Shown here: piece after piece, positions 21,501-43,785 of the stretch
Layout of the letters: each line of letters starts with the position of its first letter
Position numbering within the stretch: position 1 is the stretch's first letter
Source of the DNA: Podarcis filfolensis
Lineage: Eukaryota
Length of the DNA: 64,000 nucleotides
Assembly (NCBI GenBank): GCA_964270895.1
Contig: OZ185435.1
Strand: one strand, 5' to 3'
The notes under the pieces: generated by a model
Databases searched by the model: none
What the model saw: only the letters and a program-made list of their open reading frames with translations
Told to the model about the DNA's origin: nothing
Made by a program: the position numbers and the translations under genes

Positions 21501-23922
21501 GAATGTTATGTCTAAAAATTAATCTGTTTTAACATACTCTAGCTTTTTTAGCCTCAAATACCTTTGCAAACAGATTGTCATGACCTACAAATCTCAGAGG
21601 TAGAGGGGGTTGATTCTGTGACTGAATCTTATTGTACAGGTCCCAGCAGAGATGGCACCATTAGCGAAGATACCATTCGAGCTTCGCTTATTTCAGCAGT
21701 CAGTGATAAGTTGAGATGGAGAATGAAAGAAGAAATGGACCGTGCCCAGGCAGAGCTCAATGCCTTGAAGCGCACAGAGGAAGACTTGAAAAAAGGTCAC
21801 CAAAAGCTTGAAGAGATGGTAACTCGCCTAGACCAGGAAGTGGTAAGCAAACGAAAAGGCTTGTCATTGGGTTCATGACTTCCCATGTCTTTTCAAACAA
21901 CAACGAAGCATTTTTTGTTGCTCAAAGCAGCTGGAACATTTCCTTCCTTGCAGTAGATTCTGCTGCCTGTAGCTCTTGGCATCCATTGTGTGGTAGGTAA
22001 GGCAGTTATAGGAAATGAAAAATTTAGCCCTTTTCTTTTTAGCCATCTATTCCTCACCACTGATTCATTATTTGCAAGTGGGGATAGTGGTCTTAAAACT
22101 GCAATTATTACAATTATTTGTCCTGTGTCTATGGTTATTTACAAGGTCAATAGCACAGGAATGGTAAAATTTTGAGACCATCCAAATAAGCAGTTAAATG
22201 CTGTTCTCGTACATAAATACTCGTAAAATGTTACGGAGCAATCCTACTGAGGCAAAGAAAATGCCACACCCAAAGTCCTACCGGCCTTACGGTGGCAGGG
22301 CAGAAGGTGGTCTTGCAGCACCCGTCCTGATTTTTTCCCTTTTGCATCTACCTTGTCCTTTGCCCACTCTGCCTACCGCCACAGTTTCCCAATTAGTGCC
22401 AAAAGGACAGGAAACTGAGTACACCAGCTTCAGGACCATGTACTCCCCCCCCCCCCGCCATTCCAGAAGTATGTCATGGGAACAGGAGAGTTTGGGATTC
22501 AGTGGATCCCAAGTTTCCCCAGACACTTTTTTTGCCATTATTGCCCTCAGAGCAGTGTGGGGGTAATTTCTTCACATGCAATGGGAGATGTTTGAGGGCA
22601 GGAGGGAAACCTCTTTCTTGTGGTACCTGGAATTCCCTTCCATGGACTTTAAAATGAAATTTAGGGTGTTGATTAAATAGGTATCAAGGCATCTTAAAAC
22701 AAACCTATAATTTTATTTTAGGCTGAAGTTGACAAGAACATTGACCTCCTGAAAAAGAAAGACGAAGAGCTGAGTTCTGCCTTGGAAAAAATGGAGAGTC
22801 AGTCAGAAAATAATGACGTAGATGAAGTTATTGTTCCTACAGCGCCACTTTACAAACAAATTCTGAACTTGTATGCTGAGGAAAATGCCATTGAAGATAC
22901 CATCTTTTACCTGGGTGAAGCATTGAGACGTGGAGTTATTGATCTTGATATCTTTCTAAAGGTAGGTTTGAGTAAATATTCAAAGGTACGTTCATGCAGT
23001 TTTTTTCTGGTCCACTGAAACCAATAGTTATATACCTAGTTCTTAACTCTAATGCCTCTTCAAATGTAGGGAAGAGGGGAGGGTTTTTCAAGTGCATTGG
23101 ATGGTACCAGAGTGTGCCTGTTGTTATTGCTCTCTCACATCAGCAAAACTGTAGTTTAGAGCCTTACACACCTGACGGCCAGGAAGATATAAGCCTGTAG
23201 AACAGAATAACTTGTCTTCCCATGGGTGTGTGTAAATATTCTTGTTGTAACAGGTCTGAGTGAGGTATTTAATGCACTGCCTGGTCAGGTTTTGTGGGAT
23301 CAGTTTCAGCTTTTAGGTTCTGAAGACGTGCTTGTAGCTGTATGGCCAACCAAATGCCCTCTTTACCTTTTCCCATTTTGGCTAATTCACCCACTGTGTG
23401 GGTGACTGCATGTGTCTAGTAAATGGTTTCTGAAGCTTTGGTCTTCAGCTGTTGTTGGACTACAATTCCCATCATCCCTAGCTAGCAGTACCAGTTGTCA
23501 AGGATTATGGGAGTTGTAGTCCAACAACAGCTAGGGACCAAAGTTTCAGAAACACTGGTATATGTTACATGCACCATTACACAAAGTTAATTTATAAGAA
23601 TCTAAAAATGTCAAAATTTACACCTTCGAAATTATTGGGACATACAGTCAAAGAGAAAATGCCAATCAAAATGGTATCTTACTTTTCAAGTTGTCTTTAA
23701 ATTCAAAATCTGGACCTAAATATTCATTTATCAGTAATAAAGATACTCCATTGAAGTTGATCAAATTAAAATGTTATAACTGCTGTCGGATCATGCTCAG
23801 ATGATTTACCCTCGCCTGTTTTTTCTTTTTAGCATGTCCGCCTCTTGTCTCGCAAGCAGTTTCAGCTGCGGGCACTTATGCAGAAAGCAAGAAAAACGGC
23901 AGGACTCAGTGATCTCTACTGA
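134..23922 (+). CDS. TSG101: Tumor susceptibility gene 101 protein (ESCRT-I subunit, Vps23 orthologue), whole spliced CDS, 393 aa
   Basis: join(134..175,4405..4489,5219..5284,5714..5877,6375..6501,8886..8952,11068..11165,21640..21842,22722..22961,23833..23922)=1182 nt. All introns GT..AG, phases compatible. Translation [22 protein letters not shown]...[11 protein letters not shown] matches vertebrate TSG101 (UEV, proline-rich, coiled coil, steadiness box). Confidence 0.98.
1637..1870 (-). mobile_element. L2-type LINE 3' fragment with (TAA)n tail
   Basis: Minus-strand peptide [17 protein letters not shown]...[13 protein letters not shown] resembles the L2 ORF2 C-terminus; (att)n tail at 1637..1665. 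Confidence 0.75.
1886..1997. repeat. Old short dispersed repeat (gagttcagtgggacttactcccaagtaa-like core), unclassified
   Basis: Related copies by eye near 35875..35960, 44250..44330, 47335..47410 and 54590..54660. Confidence 0.45.
4019..4264 (+). mobile_element. Tc1/mariner (Tigger-like) MITE
   Basis: TA|cagtggtacctc ... gaggtatgactg|TG imperfect terminal inverted repeats; upstream TA target, downstream TA apparently mutated. Confidence 0.7.
4405..4489 (+). CDS. TSG101: TSG101 exon 2 ([28 protein letters not shown])
   Basis: ctag| acceptor, |gtgagt donor, 85 nt. Confidence 0.97.
5219..5284 (+). CDS. TSG101: TSG101 exon 3 ([23 protein letters not shown])
   Basis: ttttcag| acceptor, |gtatgt donor, 66 nt. 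Confidence 0.97.
5714..5877 (+). CDS. TSG101: TSG101 exon 4 ([54 protein letters not shown])
   Basis: cttcag| acceptor, |gtaagt donor, 164 nt, UEV core. Confidence 0.98.
6375..6501 (+). CDS. TSG101: TSG101 exon 5 ([42 protein letters not shown])
   Basis: ccccttag| acceptor, |gtaagt donor, 127 nt. Confidence 0.97.
8886..8952 (+). CDS. TSG101: TSG101 exon 6 ([22 protein letters not shown])
   Basis: cacag| acceptor, |gtaagc donor, 67 nt, proline-rich region. Confidence 0.95.
11068..11165 (+). CDS. TSG101: TSG101 exon 7 ([33 protein letters not shown]), ends in phase 1
   Basis: tttcaag| acceptor, |gtgagt donor, 98 nt. Confidence 0.95.
13238..13815 (+). CDS. Transposon-type SGNH/GDSL hydrolase-like frame (192 codons from the acceptor); candidate alternative terminal exon of TSG101
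   Basis: SGNH blocks: VWICGHSY (I), WLGKSGMTW (II), [12 protein letters not shown] (III), degenerate FHLNGVLLS (V; consensus DGVHLS). No stop or frameshift to TAA 13813..13815. Preceded by tttgttctcttaatagcag acceptor in phase with TSG101 exon 7. The domain call is well supported; the exon role is inferred. Confidence 0.75.
14419..14424 (+). terminator. Intronic AATAAA, candidate poly(A) signal for the SGNH exon
   Basis: First AATAAA I found downstream of the SGNH stop (about 600 nt); hexamer only. Confidence 0.3.
21640..21842 (+). CDS. TSG101: TSG101 exon 8 ([16 protein letters not shown]...VTRLDQEV, coiled coil)
   Basis: tacag| acceptor, |gtaagc donor, 203 nt. Confidence 0.98.
22722..22961 (+). 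CDS. TSG101: TSG101 exon 9 ([10 protein letters not shown]...VPTAPLY...DLDIFLK)
   Basis: ttttag| acceptor, |gtaggt donor, 240 nt; internal PTAP motif at 22836..22847. Confidence 0.98.
23421..23557. mobile_element. Palindromic hAT-type MITE in the last TSG101 intron
   Basis: Same core (ggactacaattcccatcatccctagctagc...gggagttgtagtcc); 5' limit approximate. Confidence 0.75.
23833..23922 (+). CDS. TSG101: TSG101 exon 10, terminal ([29 protein letters not shown])
   Basis: tttttag| acceptor; TGA at 23920..23922. Confidence 0.98.
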   Translation, partial: HVRLLSRKQFQLRALMQKARKTAGLSDLY

Positions 23923-24148
23923 CCCATGGTTTAGGGAAGAGTGGTGTAGTCCAAGTGGTCATATCCTCATTTATTTTTTCCTTTTAATCAGTAAGTGGCC
24001 AGAATAAGTTATTACATCATTCAACTTGTAAAATATTTTGAATGGATAATATATTTTCTTTCTTTTTTTTCTTTTTTTGGTAAGGACTAGCTTTATTAAT
24101 GCACTTTCTATTCTCTGTAAACCTTTTGCATTTGTGGGCTGATGGCTA

Positions 24149-24154
24149 AATAAA
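24149..24154 (+). terminator. TSG101 polyadenylation signal AATAAA (further candidates 24287..24292 and 24672..24677)
   Basis: AATAAA about 230 nt after the stop, followed by a GT/T-rich tract (tttgttgtgtt...tttttt). Confidence 0.75.
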
Positions 24155-24776
24155 ATTTGTTGTGTTAACACTTTTTTGGGGGTGCTACAGACATTTGTGT
24201 AACGAATGCCACTGCTGTAGTCTCAAGTTTGTCTAATGTAGAATGTAGCTGGAAACTTCATACGTGTACTTTCAAGATTAATTTATAATAAAAGCGTAGA
24301 AGTTAGTAGCAGGTTGGGATAAAATGTGTGTTTGTTTTCTAGTCTCATCCTCTGCATACTTACACAGAAGAAATAAGGCCCATTTTGTTCAGGGGGACTA
24401 TGTATGCTTAGAATTGCAGATCAGTTATCAGCCCCCCTATTCACAATAACCTTGCTAGTTTAGTCAGTTATAGGGCACATTGTCCATTTGATCAGATTTA
24501 GTCTTGGGTTGGGGACCATTATGGAATTAATTACAATAATGTACTGTTGGTTAACCTGCACCCTCTGACTTTCATTTTAGCTGTATTTGGGAGCGGGAGG
24601 GAGTCATTAATCCTTGTTGATTTACTTTAAATAACACAGATCTATTCTCTGCCCACCCTGGCTTACATGGCAATAAAGGGTGCATGTGTCTGTTAACTGC
24701 TGTACAAAACCTGGAGGTTGAAGATTAGTCATGTTTACGGCCAACCATATAGACACGGAGAAGTAGCAGTTAACTG

Positions 24777-24782
24777 TTTATT
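24777..24782 (-). terminator. LDHA polyadenylation signal AATAAA
   Basis: tttatt on + strand, about 610 nt downstream of the LDHA stop. Confidence 0.65.
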
Positions 24783-25391
24783 TTGTTGCTTGGGCTGGTA
24801 CTACCGTTAGACAATTGCATCAGTTGTAATTGTTGCATACAGAGGTTTTTTTACATAACATTTAAGACACTTCTCTAGAGTACACATGGTTCTCTTGAAA
24901 AGTATGCACAAAGACTAAGGAAAAAGGACATTTAGAACTGCTCAATACTGGAGATTTAAGTCATCTGTTAAGCAGAGAATATTGGTCAGTGAATCTGCCA
25001 ATCCTTTTTGATCACAAAATATTCTTTGGTTTTCTACAGCTTTTGGAAGACCAATTGAGCTCTTCTCTTCTGAGTGACTAAAGTTTAGCTGAGGAAAGGC
25101 AGGAAGCTTCCATTTGGCAGTGTTGTTTCAGAGCATGCTGGATCTACTTTTACACCACTTAACAAGAGACTAGGTTCTTCCAGTTCTGGCCACAGACGGG
25201 GGTTGTGGTAAACAGGAGCTGCAAGTTTCCTACTGGATAAAATAGGCATTTCATTTGCAAATTTAGCTCTGCATTGTGTTGGTAGTTGACACACATCATA
25301 AAGGGAGTTGATCTAGCTGAAAAGTGCAACAAGACAATCCACTAAGACCCATTAAACACTAGTTAAGCGGTGAAGTGATAGGACATCAGGC

Positions 25392-36393
<11,002 letters not shown>

Positions 36394-39097
36394 CTTGTAG
36401 CTCTGTGGGAGGAAACATAAGAATACAATCAACTCATTTTCATCACTTGTTGAATTGTGCTGTGATGATAAGTTAACACAGTCCATTTCAAATATGGATC
36501 CCATCACTAAGATACACACACCACAGAGTTTACTCTGCAAATTTGCAAGAACCTTGATTTTGCTTGAATTGTTATTGCAGTATTTGAATTTTAGCAGATT
36601 CTTCTGTTTTCACAATGGGAACAAAGTCATGAGTAAATTGCCCATTTATTTGCATGGGATCCAAGTTCAATCAACTAATTTTAGTGTGGATCCAACCCAC
36701 GGTTGGCACATATGTATCATTTATTTCCAAAATAAACATTAGAAAATTTGGCAGGGTCATTGCAGGTGAGAGACAAGAGGTTTTCAAGAAGTGGAATGCT
36801 AATGTACACAGTCAACACAAAACCACACAGTATCTTATCAAAGGATCTTGCAAGCTCAGTGCATTGTGCAACAAAACATCTTGTCTGTTTGATCAGTATG
36901 CTTTCAGGCACAAAGTCTACCCAGGATGTGATTGAGAACTAAAAGATGCGACTGACTCACTCGGAAGTAGTGAAACACTTTGCTCTTTGTTCTATATGCT
37001 TGTCTTAAAGTTTTTATTTTATTTCTTAAAGATGTATGTTATGTTTTGCTTTGTTAAAAGCTGTCTTGGGAGAGAACAGCATATAAAAACCATAAAATAT
37101 TAGGCAGCATATAAAAATCATGAAATATTATGCCATACTCTGATGTTCCAAACTCTGATGTTGTGGCCACAACAACTCTGGAAATGGTGTAGGTGACAAG
37201 AGACAATGAGGCTTGGACTGAAAACTGGCAGCATGGCAGGTGAAAATCCCCAGGAGGACAAAGGTTGATTCTGGATATCACGTTGGGCCCAGAGTCCAGA
37301 GCTAGAAGCTAGTAGCAAGTCAGGAATATACAAAACTTGGGTAGTACCAGCAAGGGGTAGGGGTGCATGCCTGCCAATGCAAGAGCACAATAGTGAAAAT
37401 AAAGGGGTCAATATAGCAGATTAGTGGTCAGTGTTGCTGGAATGAAGGGGCATTTCATGATGTTAAACTTTGCAATTAAGACTGTCAGGCAGTTCTGAAT
37501 CAAATTCTGCAACAAGCCATTGCCATCTCAATTTAAAGTTGGTGAACCAAACTGGGGGAGGGAGTATGGCGCAAGGGTATGGCATAAAGGCACACCTGCT
37601 TGGTGGGAGAAGGCTGCTGAAGAGGAGGAAAGATGCCCAACAGGACTGATGAGGGAGGGCACATTGAAGGGATATATTGGTGGGCAGAGTTTGAGAGAAG
37701 AATGTGGAATGTAGATTCTGGAACACTGACAGCAAGGAGCTAGGATGACAGATCTCAGAACCAGTCATTAAAAGATGGGCTTCCAAAGCTCATGGGATAG
37801 TCAGCCATACACCTGTAGTCCAAAATTATGACAATTCCTGCATTCAAAGCTGCCCCATGTAGAACAACTGCAAGGGGGGAAAACCAAAAAGTCTGATCTC
37901 TCCTGGGTGCATCACTTCAGTGTCATCTGATATGCAGCACTCTGCTCAGTTATGCTCTTTGCAGAAATGATGCTACTGCAAATGTGGAAATTCTGAGCGT
38001 CCCTACTGAATATATTGAATCAGAGTTACTGCAGGTATTTTTGTTGCTACTATATGCAGCTGTTCACTTGGTGGCTAAAGAGCAAATCAAGGCAAGCACT
38101 CTCTCTCCACCGTGACCATCAGCACTCCAGTTTGGTGATCAGTAAGTATTTGGAGACATTTGTGACAATGAGCGAGTTTTGCAACAAAACAAAACCACAA
38201 CTTCTGAAGCAGTAGCAAGTGAATGACCTAGCAACTTCCCCATAGACTAAAAACAGCTGCTTATTAGTTGCCAATAATAGTGTGAATTAACAACAGTGCA
38301 GTTCAGAGTGAGGCACAAGCAAGATTCATATGCAGTACGTACATTAAGCTCCACATCGTTCCAATGAAATTGTAATTTTTTTCATCTGATCAGCAATTTT
38401 GCAGCATCAGATACCTTTCCTGAAATCGAAAGACACATCTCTATAGGCAGAAATGTGTCATGCAGAGTGTAACAAAACAGGAATACTATTTTTTGCATGT
38501 CTAATTCAACAAGCAAAATGGAAACCTAATTCCACTGCCCTGTAGGGGCCAAGGTCACAAGGGCACATTCTGACATGAAAGGGCTCTGGCATGTGGGTGG
38601 TATCTGATGAAGAAGCTGAAGTCAAAGGGAATCTGCATATGTGATGCTAGGAAAGCCATGGGGGGTTAACATGCACCTAGATTTACAAAATTCAAGATGT
38701 TGGAAGAAGGAAGGGGAAATCTGGTAAATCATGTTCCTGTGACCAAACACAGGACAAAAAGCGGAATATTATTAGAACTTGGTACCAGTGGCACACTTCT
38801 GGAGTCATTTAAAGAAGTATCATACCTCTTTAAGCAATCATGGCTTCCCCCAAAGAATCATAGGAACCATAGTTTGAGTTCTGAGAGTTCCCTTCACTCT
38901 GGGAGTTGTGGCTGTGTGAGAATAGGGGTCTCCAATCAACTCACAGCAGCTTTAATAAACTAGTTCCCTGAGTTATTTGAGATAAGCCATGACTGTTTGA
39001 AGTGGTATGATACTGCCTTTAAAGGTGAGATGAGGCCTTGAGTCCAATTCACAAAATCAAACTCTTACACTGAACCATGTGCGTCCACATAAGCTGG

Positions 39098-39098
<1 letters not shown>

Positions 39099-39168
<70 letters not shown>
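39099..39168. repeat. Compound microsatellite (TG)16(AG)19
   Basis: Counted directly from the sequence. Confidence 0.95.
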
Positions 39169-39173
<5 letters not shown>

Positions 39174-39914
39174 ATAAATTGACAACTTGGTGCCATCACC
39201 ACAATGCTGCCAAATGCATTTTCAGTAACAGCGTGGTAAATGCACACTTGTGTTACAAGCCATTTGGTTTGTGTGCTGGAGCAACTACATCAACTTCCTG
39301 TGTGAACTGAGCCACTCCACATTCAAGCCTAATTTAGCCCCAACTGCTGGGTCTGTAGACATTAAGTTCTTCTGCCAGCTCCCTGCCTGGAACTAACTGC
39401 ACACAGTCATAGCCATGTACAGGATCAGCCTTGTTGTGCAGCCAAGAGTGCTGGGCTTTGACCAGGGCTCAGATCTCAGCTCCCTAATGAAGCTAATTGG
39501 CTGAGCTTGCATCTCATTTTAACCTATTTCCATTGCAAGGAGGAGGCACAACTATGCTTGCTCTCCTAAGCTCCCGGCTGAACATCTGGCAAAAACTGCA
39601 TTCCACTATGCATGTGGCCCACTTGAACATATGTAGTTTGGGCCCTATAGTTTGCATTCCTGCAGTCCTAAGAATTACCCCTAATAAATCTGCAAGAATC
39701 TGGGAAGTCACAACAAATTGAGGGAAAGGGCATTTTCCCCACAACACAATGCCTGGCTCCACCTATTCTCACTGAAGAGTGAAGTGATTCACTAACACAA
39801 GTTATCTTCTCTGGGATTCTTCCGGCATCCCTTAAACTAGGTAGCAATACTGTTAACCAGGAAGCGTATTAAGCCTTGGGAGGTAGACAGATTTCAGGCT
39901 TAGAGGATATACTT

Positions 39915-39917
<3 letters not shown>

Positions 39918-39961
<44 letters not shown>
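39918..39961. repeat. (AC)22 microsatellite
   Basis: Counted directly from the sequence. Confidence 0.95.
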
Positions 39962-39964
<3 letters not shown>

Positions 39965-41582
39965 TACCAAAATATAATCAGCCAAAGCCCATGCACGAAC
40001 AAGTTATAATTAAAAAAAAAACAAGGTGTCTAGAATTTGGTTCTCTGAACCAAAACTGAACTCACAGTACTTGAACTCAGGAGTCTTCTCCTGCTTAGCA
40101 CCCCCCCCCCCGACAAAAAACCCCTAAGCTGTTTTAAGTGGAGAGAAGCAGTTTTGTTAGGGCAGCCTGAAACCCTCGGTGATCTAACGCAGATCCATCA
40201 GAGATCAGCAGATCCAGATCGACCTTCCTCCCACCCCTACATAAGCGGCACTATATTCCTAAGGGGATCACCGACTGCGAGCGCGATCCAGCTACTGCCG
40301 AGATGAACTACCGCTTTATACCCCTCCCAATTAAATTTCCGGGAAGCGGGCCGTGTGAGGCACTGAATCCAGTGCTGACCAGTTTTCCCGGTGCAAGATA
40401 TTCAATGGTCGGGCAGGGAGCCGATGCAGGCGGGGAATGGAGAGAACTGTCCACACTTCCTCCTCCTCCGTGCGAGCCGAATGCAATCAGGTTGATTTAG
40501 TTGCCAGGGATAAAAGGCAAGGAGGAATCCCGGCTCAAAGGCACGAGAACTACGCGAGTCAGAGACAGAATACCACCACGATCTTCGCCTGGGGGTTGAT
40601 AGGCCGGTGCTAGTCCCGCTCCCGGGAGGAAATAAAGGAGCTAAGAAGGTACAACAGCCTGAGCAATAACTCTAGTCTGCTGCGCTTGAGCTGCAAACCT
40701 CACCATGGACTAGCGACCTAGAAGTTCCAGTGGCCCCAAAGCACAACCTTCCCCGGACATCCCCCTCCCTTTTTTAATTTCCTCCCGGCAGTGCGATGAC
40801 CCAGCGGTTTTCGGAAACCACGTTTTCCCTCCTCTCTGTAGCGGATATTGCAGAACCTAGGGCGGAGGCGGCAAGGAAATACGACGCGTCCACAGGTCCT
40901 CGCAAAGTAACTCCAGCACAGTCATCTCTCCACCCCAACACACCCAAAGCCTCGGGGCATTGGAAATCCATTTAAAAATTCCATACCTAAAACAGCTCGA
41001 ATTTATTGAGGGTCCAGGGGTCGGCGTTTTCCGCTCCAAAGTGGACTCTCTGACCTGTACAGAGCATCCCTTTCTGCAGCCGCCTCCCTCCACCCCTCGC
41101 GTTACATAATGACCAGTGGGCCAAAAAAAGGACCACAACAGCCTGCTTCTCTCCCCACCCCGGGCACTTCTTACAAAACCATTTCAGCGGGACACGGGGG
41201 AAGCGGGGAGAGATTCCTATTTCCTCCTCTCACACCTTCTCACGGGTAGCCAACGTGGTGCCCTCCAGACGCACAACTCTCGCAGCAGCCCAAGCTGGCG
41301 TGGCCAACAGCCTGGGATGCTGGGAGATGTGGTCCCACAACGTCTGGAGTTGCCTTACTCCAACCTAGAGGGCTGCCTTCCTACCGACTCTGCCTCTCTT
41401 TCCTTTCGCGCCAAACGCCCGGTCTCTTAGCTCCGCTTTGGAGGATCTCCTTCTACCCATCCAGCAGGGAAAGTCCTCTTTGGACGGCTTGCTTTACCCC
41501 GAGGGTGCAAGTGGAGAAAGGTGGCGCGGCGCTCTTTGCACGCATCGCCCAGCCCGCCTCGTTCCCACGAGCGCTTCCTTAC

Positions 41583-41645
41583 CTGGGTAAGTCTAGCAAA
41601 GCGTGCGCGCAATGACCGGGCCCTCCGATTGCCGCTGCAGTACCG
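41583..41645 (-). other. LDHA: LDHA non-coding exon 1 (5' limit approximate)
   Basis: Strong donor CCAG|gtaagg at 41582/41581; lies about 25-30 nt downstream of a TATA-like CTTAAG and the CRE/HRE cluster, same order as the mammalian LDHA promoter. Confidence 0.75.
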
Positions 41646-41669
41646 CGAGGCGGGGGGAGGCGGCGGGCG

Positions 41670-41874
41670 CTTAAGTAGGAATCCCGCGCGTGACGTCGGA
41701 GGGGGCGGTCGCCGCCGCTTGTCTGGCGGGGTTGGCCACCGCGGGACGTGCCGGCCCACACGTCGAGGGGAGCCGGGCTTCGGCGGCGGCGGCGCGGTTC
41801 TGACTCAGGCCGGCGCAGTCACTCCGCAGAGCACAGGCGCGAAGAGTTAGGCTCTCTGGGGATCTAAGCACGTG
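41670..41874 (-). promoter_or_regulatory. LDHA proximal promoter: TATA-like, CRE-like, GC box, paired HREs, E-box
   Basis: CTTAAG 41670..41675; TGACGTCG 41691..41698; GGGGCGG 41702..41708; ACGTG 41746..41750 and CACGT 41759..41763; CACGTG 41869..41874. Confidence 0.8.
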
Positions 41875-42418
41875 GCGTCCCTACTCGCTTCCTCCCGGTC
41901 AGGTCAGAGGCCGGGAGATCCGACGGAGGAAGGAAAAACCCGGCGACGTGGTGGCCGGAGCGGATGCGGGTGGCAGCCCCAAACAGGCTGGAGGGCACCC
42001 AGATCTCAGAAAGGCTGCGAGAGCGCACTCTGAAGGGGCCTGCAAAACCATCAGTCCGATGCCCTGCGGCACAAGGCCTGAGAACCAGTGTTGCGGAGTC
42101 ACTGGGGTCAACTCACAACATGGATGCCACTTGTTAGTTTTTGTAGGAAAAGCAGCCGGTCGACTAGCATTGCTGGTGTGGAGAGGCAAACCAGCAGCAA
42201 AGCAATTTTGTTTCTTCCTCTGGGCGCCTCAGTGGGGAGGACCGGGCTGGTGGTGGTGCTGCACACAGAGAAAACGCGAGCAATGGCCTCTGCCTACTGT
42301 CACTTTCTTCCTCTCTCTCTGGGCAGTGCAGCAAATAGGAAGCAAAAAGCATAGAAGGAGCAGCTGCCCTCGTCCTGTCACTTCCTGGTCTGAGTTGGCC
42401 CTCTGTTGGCACAGTGGT

Positions 42419-42765
42419 AGAGGTAGAGGTAAAGGTAAAGGGACCCCTGACCATTAGGTCCAGTCGTGACCGACTCTAGGGTTGTGGCGCTCATCTTGCT
42501 TTATTGGCCAAGGGAGCCGGCGTACAGCCAGTATGACTAAGCCGCTTCTGGCGAACCAGAGCAGCGCACAGAAACGCTGTTTACCTTCCCGCCGGAGCAG
42601 TACCTATTTATCTACTTGCACTTTGATGTGCTTTCAAACTGCTAGGTTGGCAGGAGCAGGGACCGAGCAACGGGAGCTCACCCCGTCTCGGGGATTCGAA
42701 CCGCTGACCTTCTGATCAGCAAGTCCTAGGCTCTGTGGTTTAACCCATAGCGCCACCCGCGTCCC
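42419..42765 (-). mobile_element. Sauria (Squam1-type) tRNA-derived SINE, full length
   Basis: GGGACGCGGGTGGCGCTATGGG head, B box GGTTCGAATCC, (ACCTTT)-type tail; 13-bp TSD ttggcacagtggt (42406..42418, 42766..42778). Confidence 0.9.
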
Positions 42766-43048
42766 TTGGCACAGTGGTGGAGGCTTCCAATCCTCCCAGA
42801 GAGAGAGAATGGGGAGAAGGCAGCTGCCTCCCTCTGCATGATTGTTCACCTTTGGCTCTGCAGAAAGTTTTGAGCAAGCTGCTCGTTTCTGAGATGCCCT
42901 CTCCCTCTGCAGGCACTTCCTGTTCATGCAGACAGTACAGAGGGAGGAGGAGGCCCAGCAGAGCCAAGCAAGGAAGCAGGTGGCCAGTGACTGTAGGCAG
43001 CTCACAGACTGAGTCAGAAGATTAGCCTCTCTAGCCATCAGTATCCTG

Positions 43049-43180
43049 GCTGGGCAGCAAAGCATCTGTTTTGCAGGCAAAAGGTCCTAGGTTCAGTTCT
43101 GAGCATCTCCAGGTAGGGCTGGGAACAACCCCTGCCTGGAACCTTGGAGAGCTGTTGCCAATCATATAAGACAGTTGTGT
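43049..43180 (+). mobile_element. Degraded tRNA-derived SINE (Squam2-like)
   Basis: aaggtcctaggttcagttctgagcatctccaggtagggctggg...ctggagagctgttgcca; weaker relatives near 16931..17010 (+) and 31745..31855 (-). Confidence 0.55.
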
Positions 43181-43462
43181 TTTTTTGTCCCTAGTCCAGT
43201 GTTGTTAAAGACTGATCAGCAACTTTCAGATCACAGGCTTTTCCAGGCCTGCTGGGGATTGATTCTGAAACCTCCTGACTGTGGTGCTCTGCTACTAAGC
43301 TGTAGTCACTGTCCATTAGAGGAGTAATCCACCACCTATGCCTGAGTAATATAGCACAGAGAACTAGAGCTCATTTTGCCCCAATTCCCCACTGAGAGAG
43401 AAAGACTGAATAATTGGCTGTTTCTCCATTACCAGCTCTTTATCACCCAGAGATAAAGGCGA

Positions 43463-43508
43463 GAGTGTGTGTGTGTGTGAGTGTGTGTGTGTGAGAGAGA
43501 GAGAGAGA
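43463..43508. repeat. Imperfect (GT)n(GA)n microsatellite
   Basis: gagagtgtgtgtgtgtgtgagtgtgtgtgtgtgagagagagagagaga. Confidence 0.9.
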
Positions 43509-43785
43509 AAATAAATGACTACCTACTGTACTTTTTCTCCTGTTCTCTGTTCACTGTCTCCATGCTAAGCAGCAGATTTCAGAGCAATGATGCTGTGGAG
43601 AATGTTTCCAGGAAGGCTTAGTCCTGGGTCTCTTCTCCCTTTTCCAGCCTCAGCTGCTGCAGGGCAGGTTACAATGCACTGTTTGATCATCTCTCCTCCC
43701 CAGCAACAGCTGCTGATCAGCTACTTTAGCCCTCAAAATAAAAAGGGCAACGATGCTGACACAAAACCCCACACATACACTAAGG

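Larger units (their letters stand above)
40170..42250. promoter_or_regulatory. LDHA CpG island extending into intron 1
   Basis: High GC and CpG density by inspection; limits approximate. Confidence 0.75.

Noticed and set aside
36394-36540. N-terminal extension of LDHA suggested by ORF 36151..36540
   Set aside because: It runs through a clear acceptor (tcccacag) into intron sequence, and the 3' part runs past the donor.
40774-43080. Many overlapping ORFs of up to 169 aa
   Set aside because: Lie in the LDHA CpG island and a Sauria SINE; low-complexity, stop-poor sequence with no recognisable homology.
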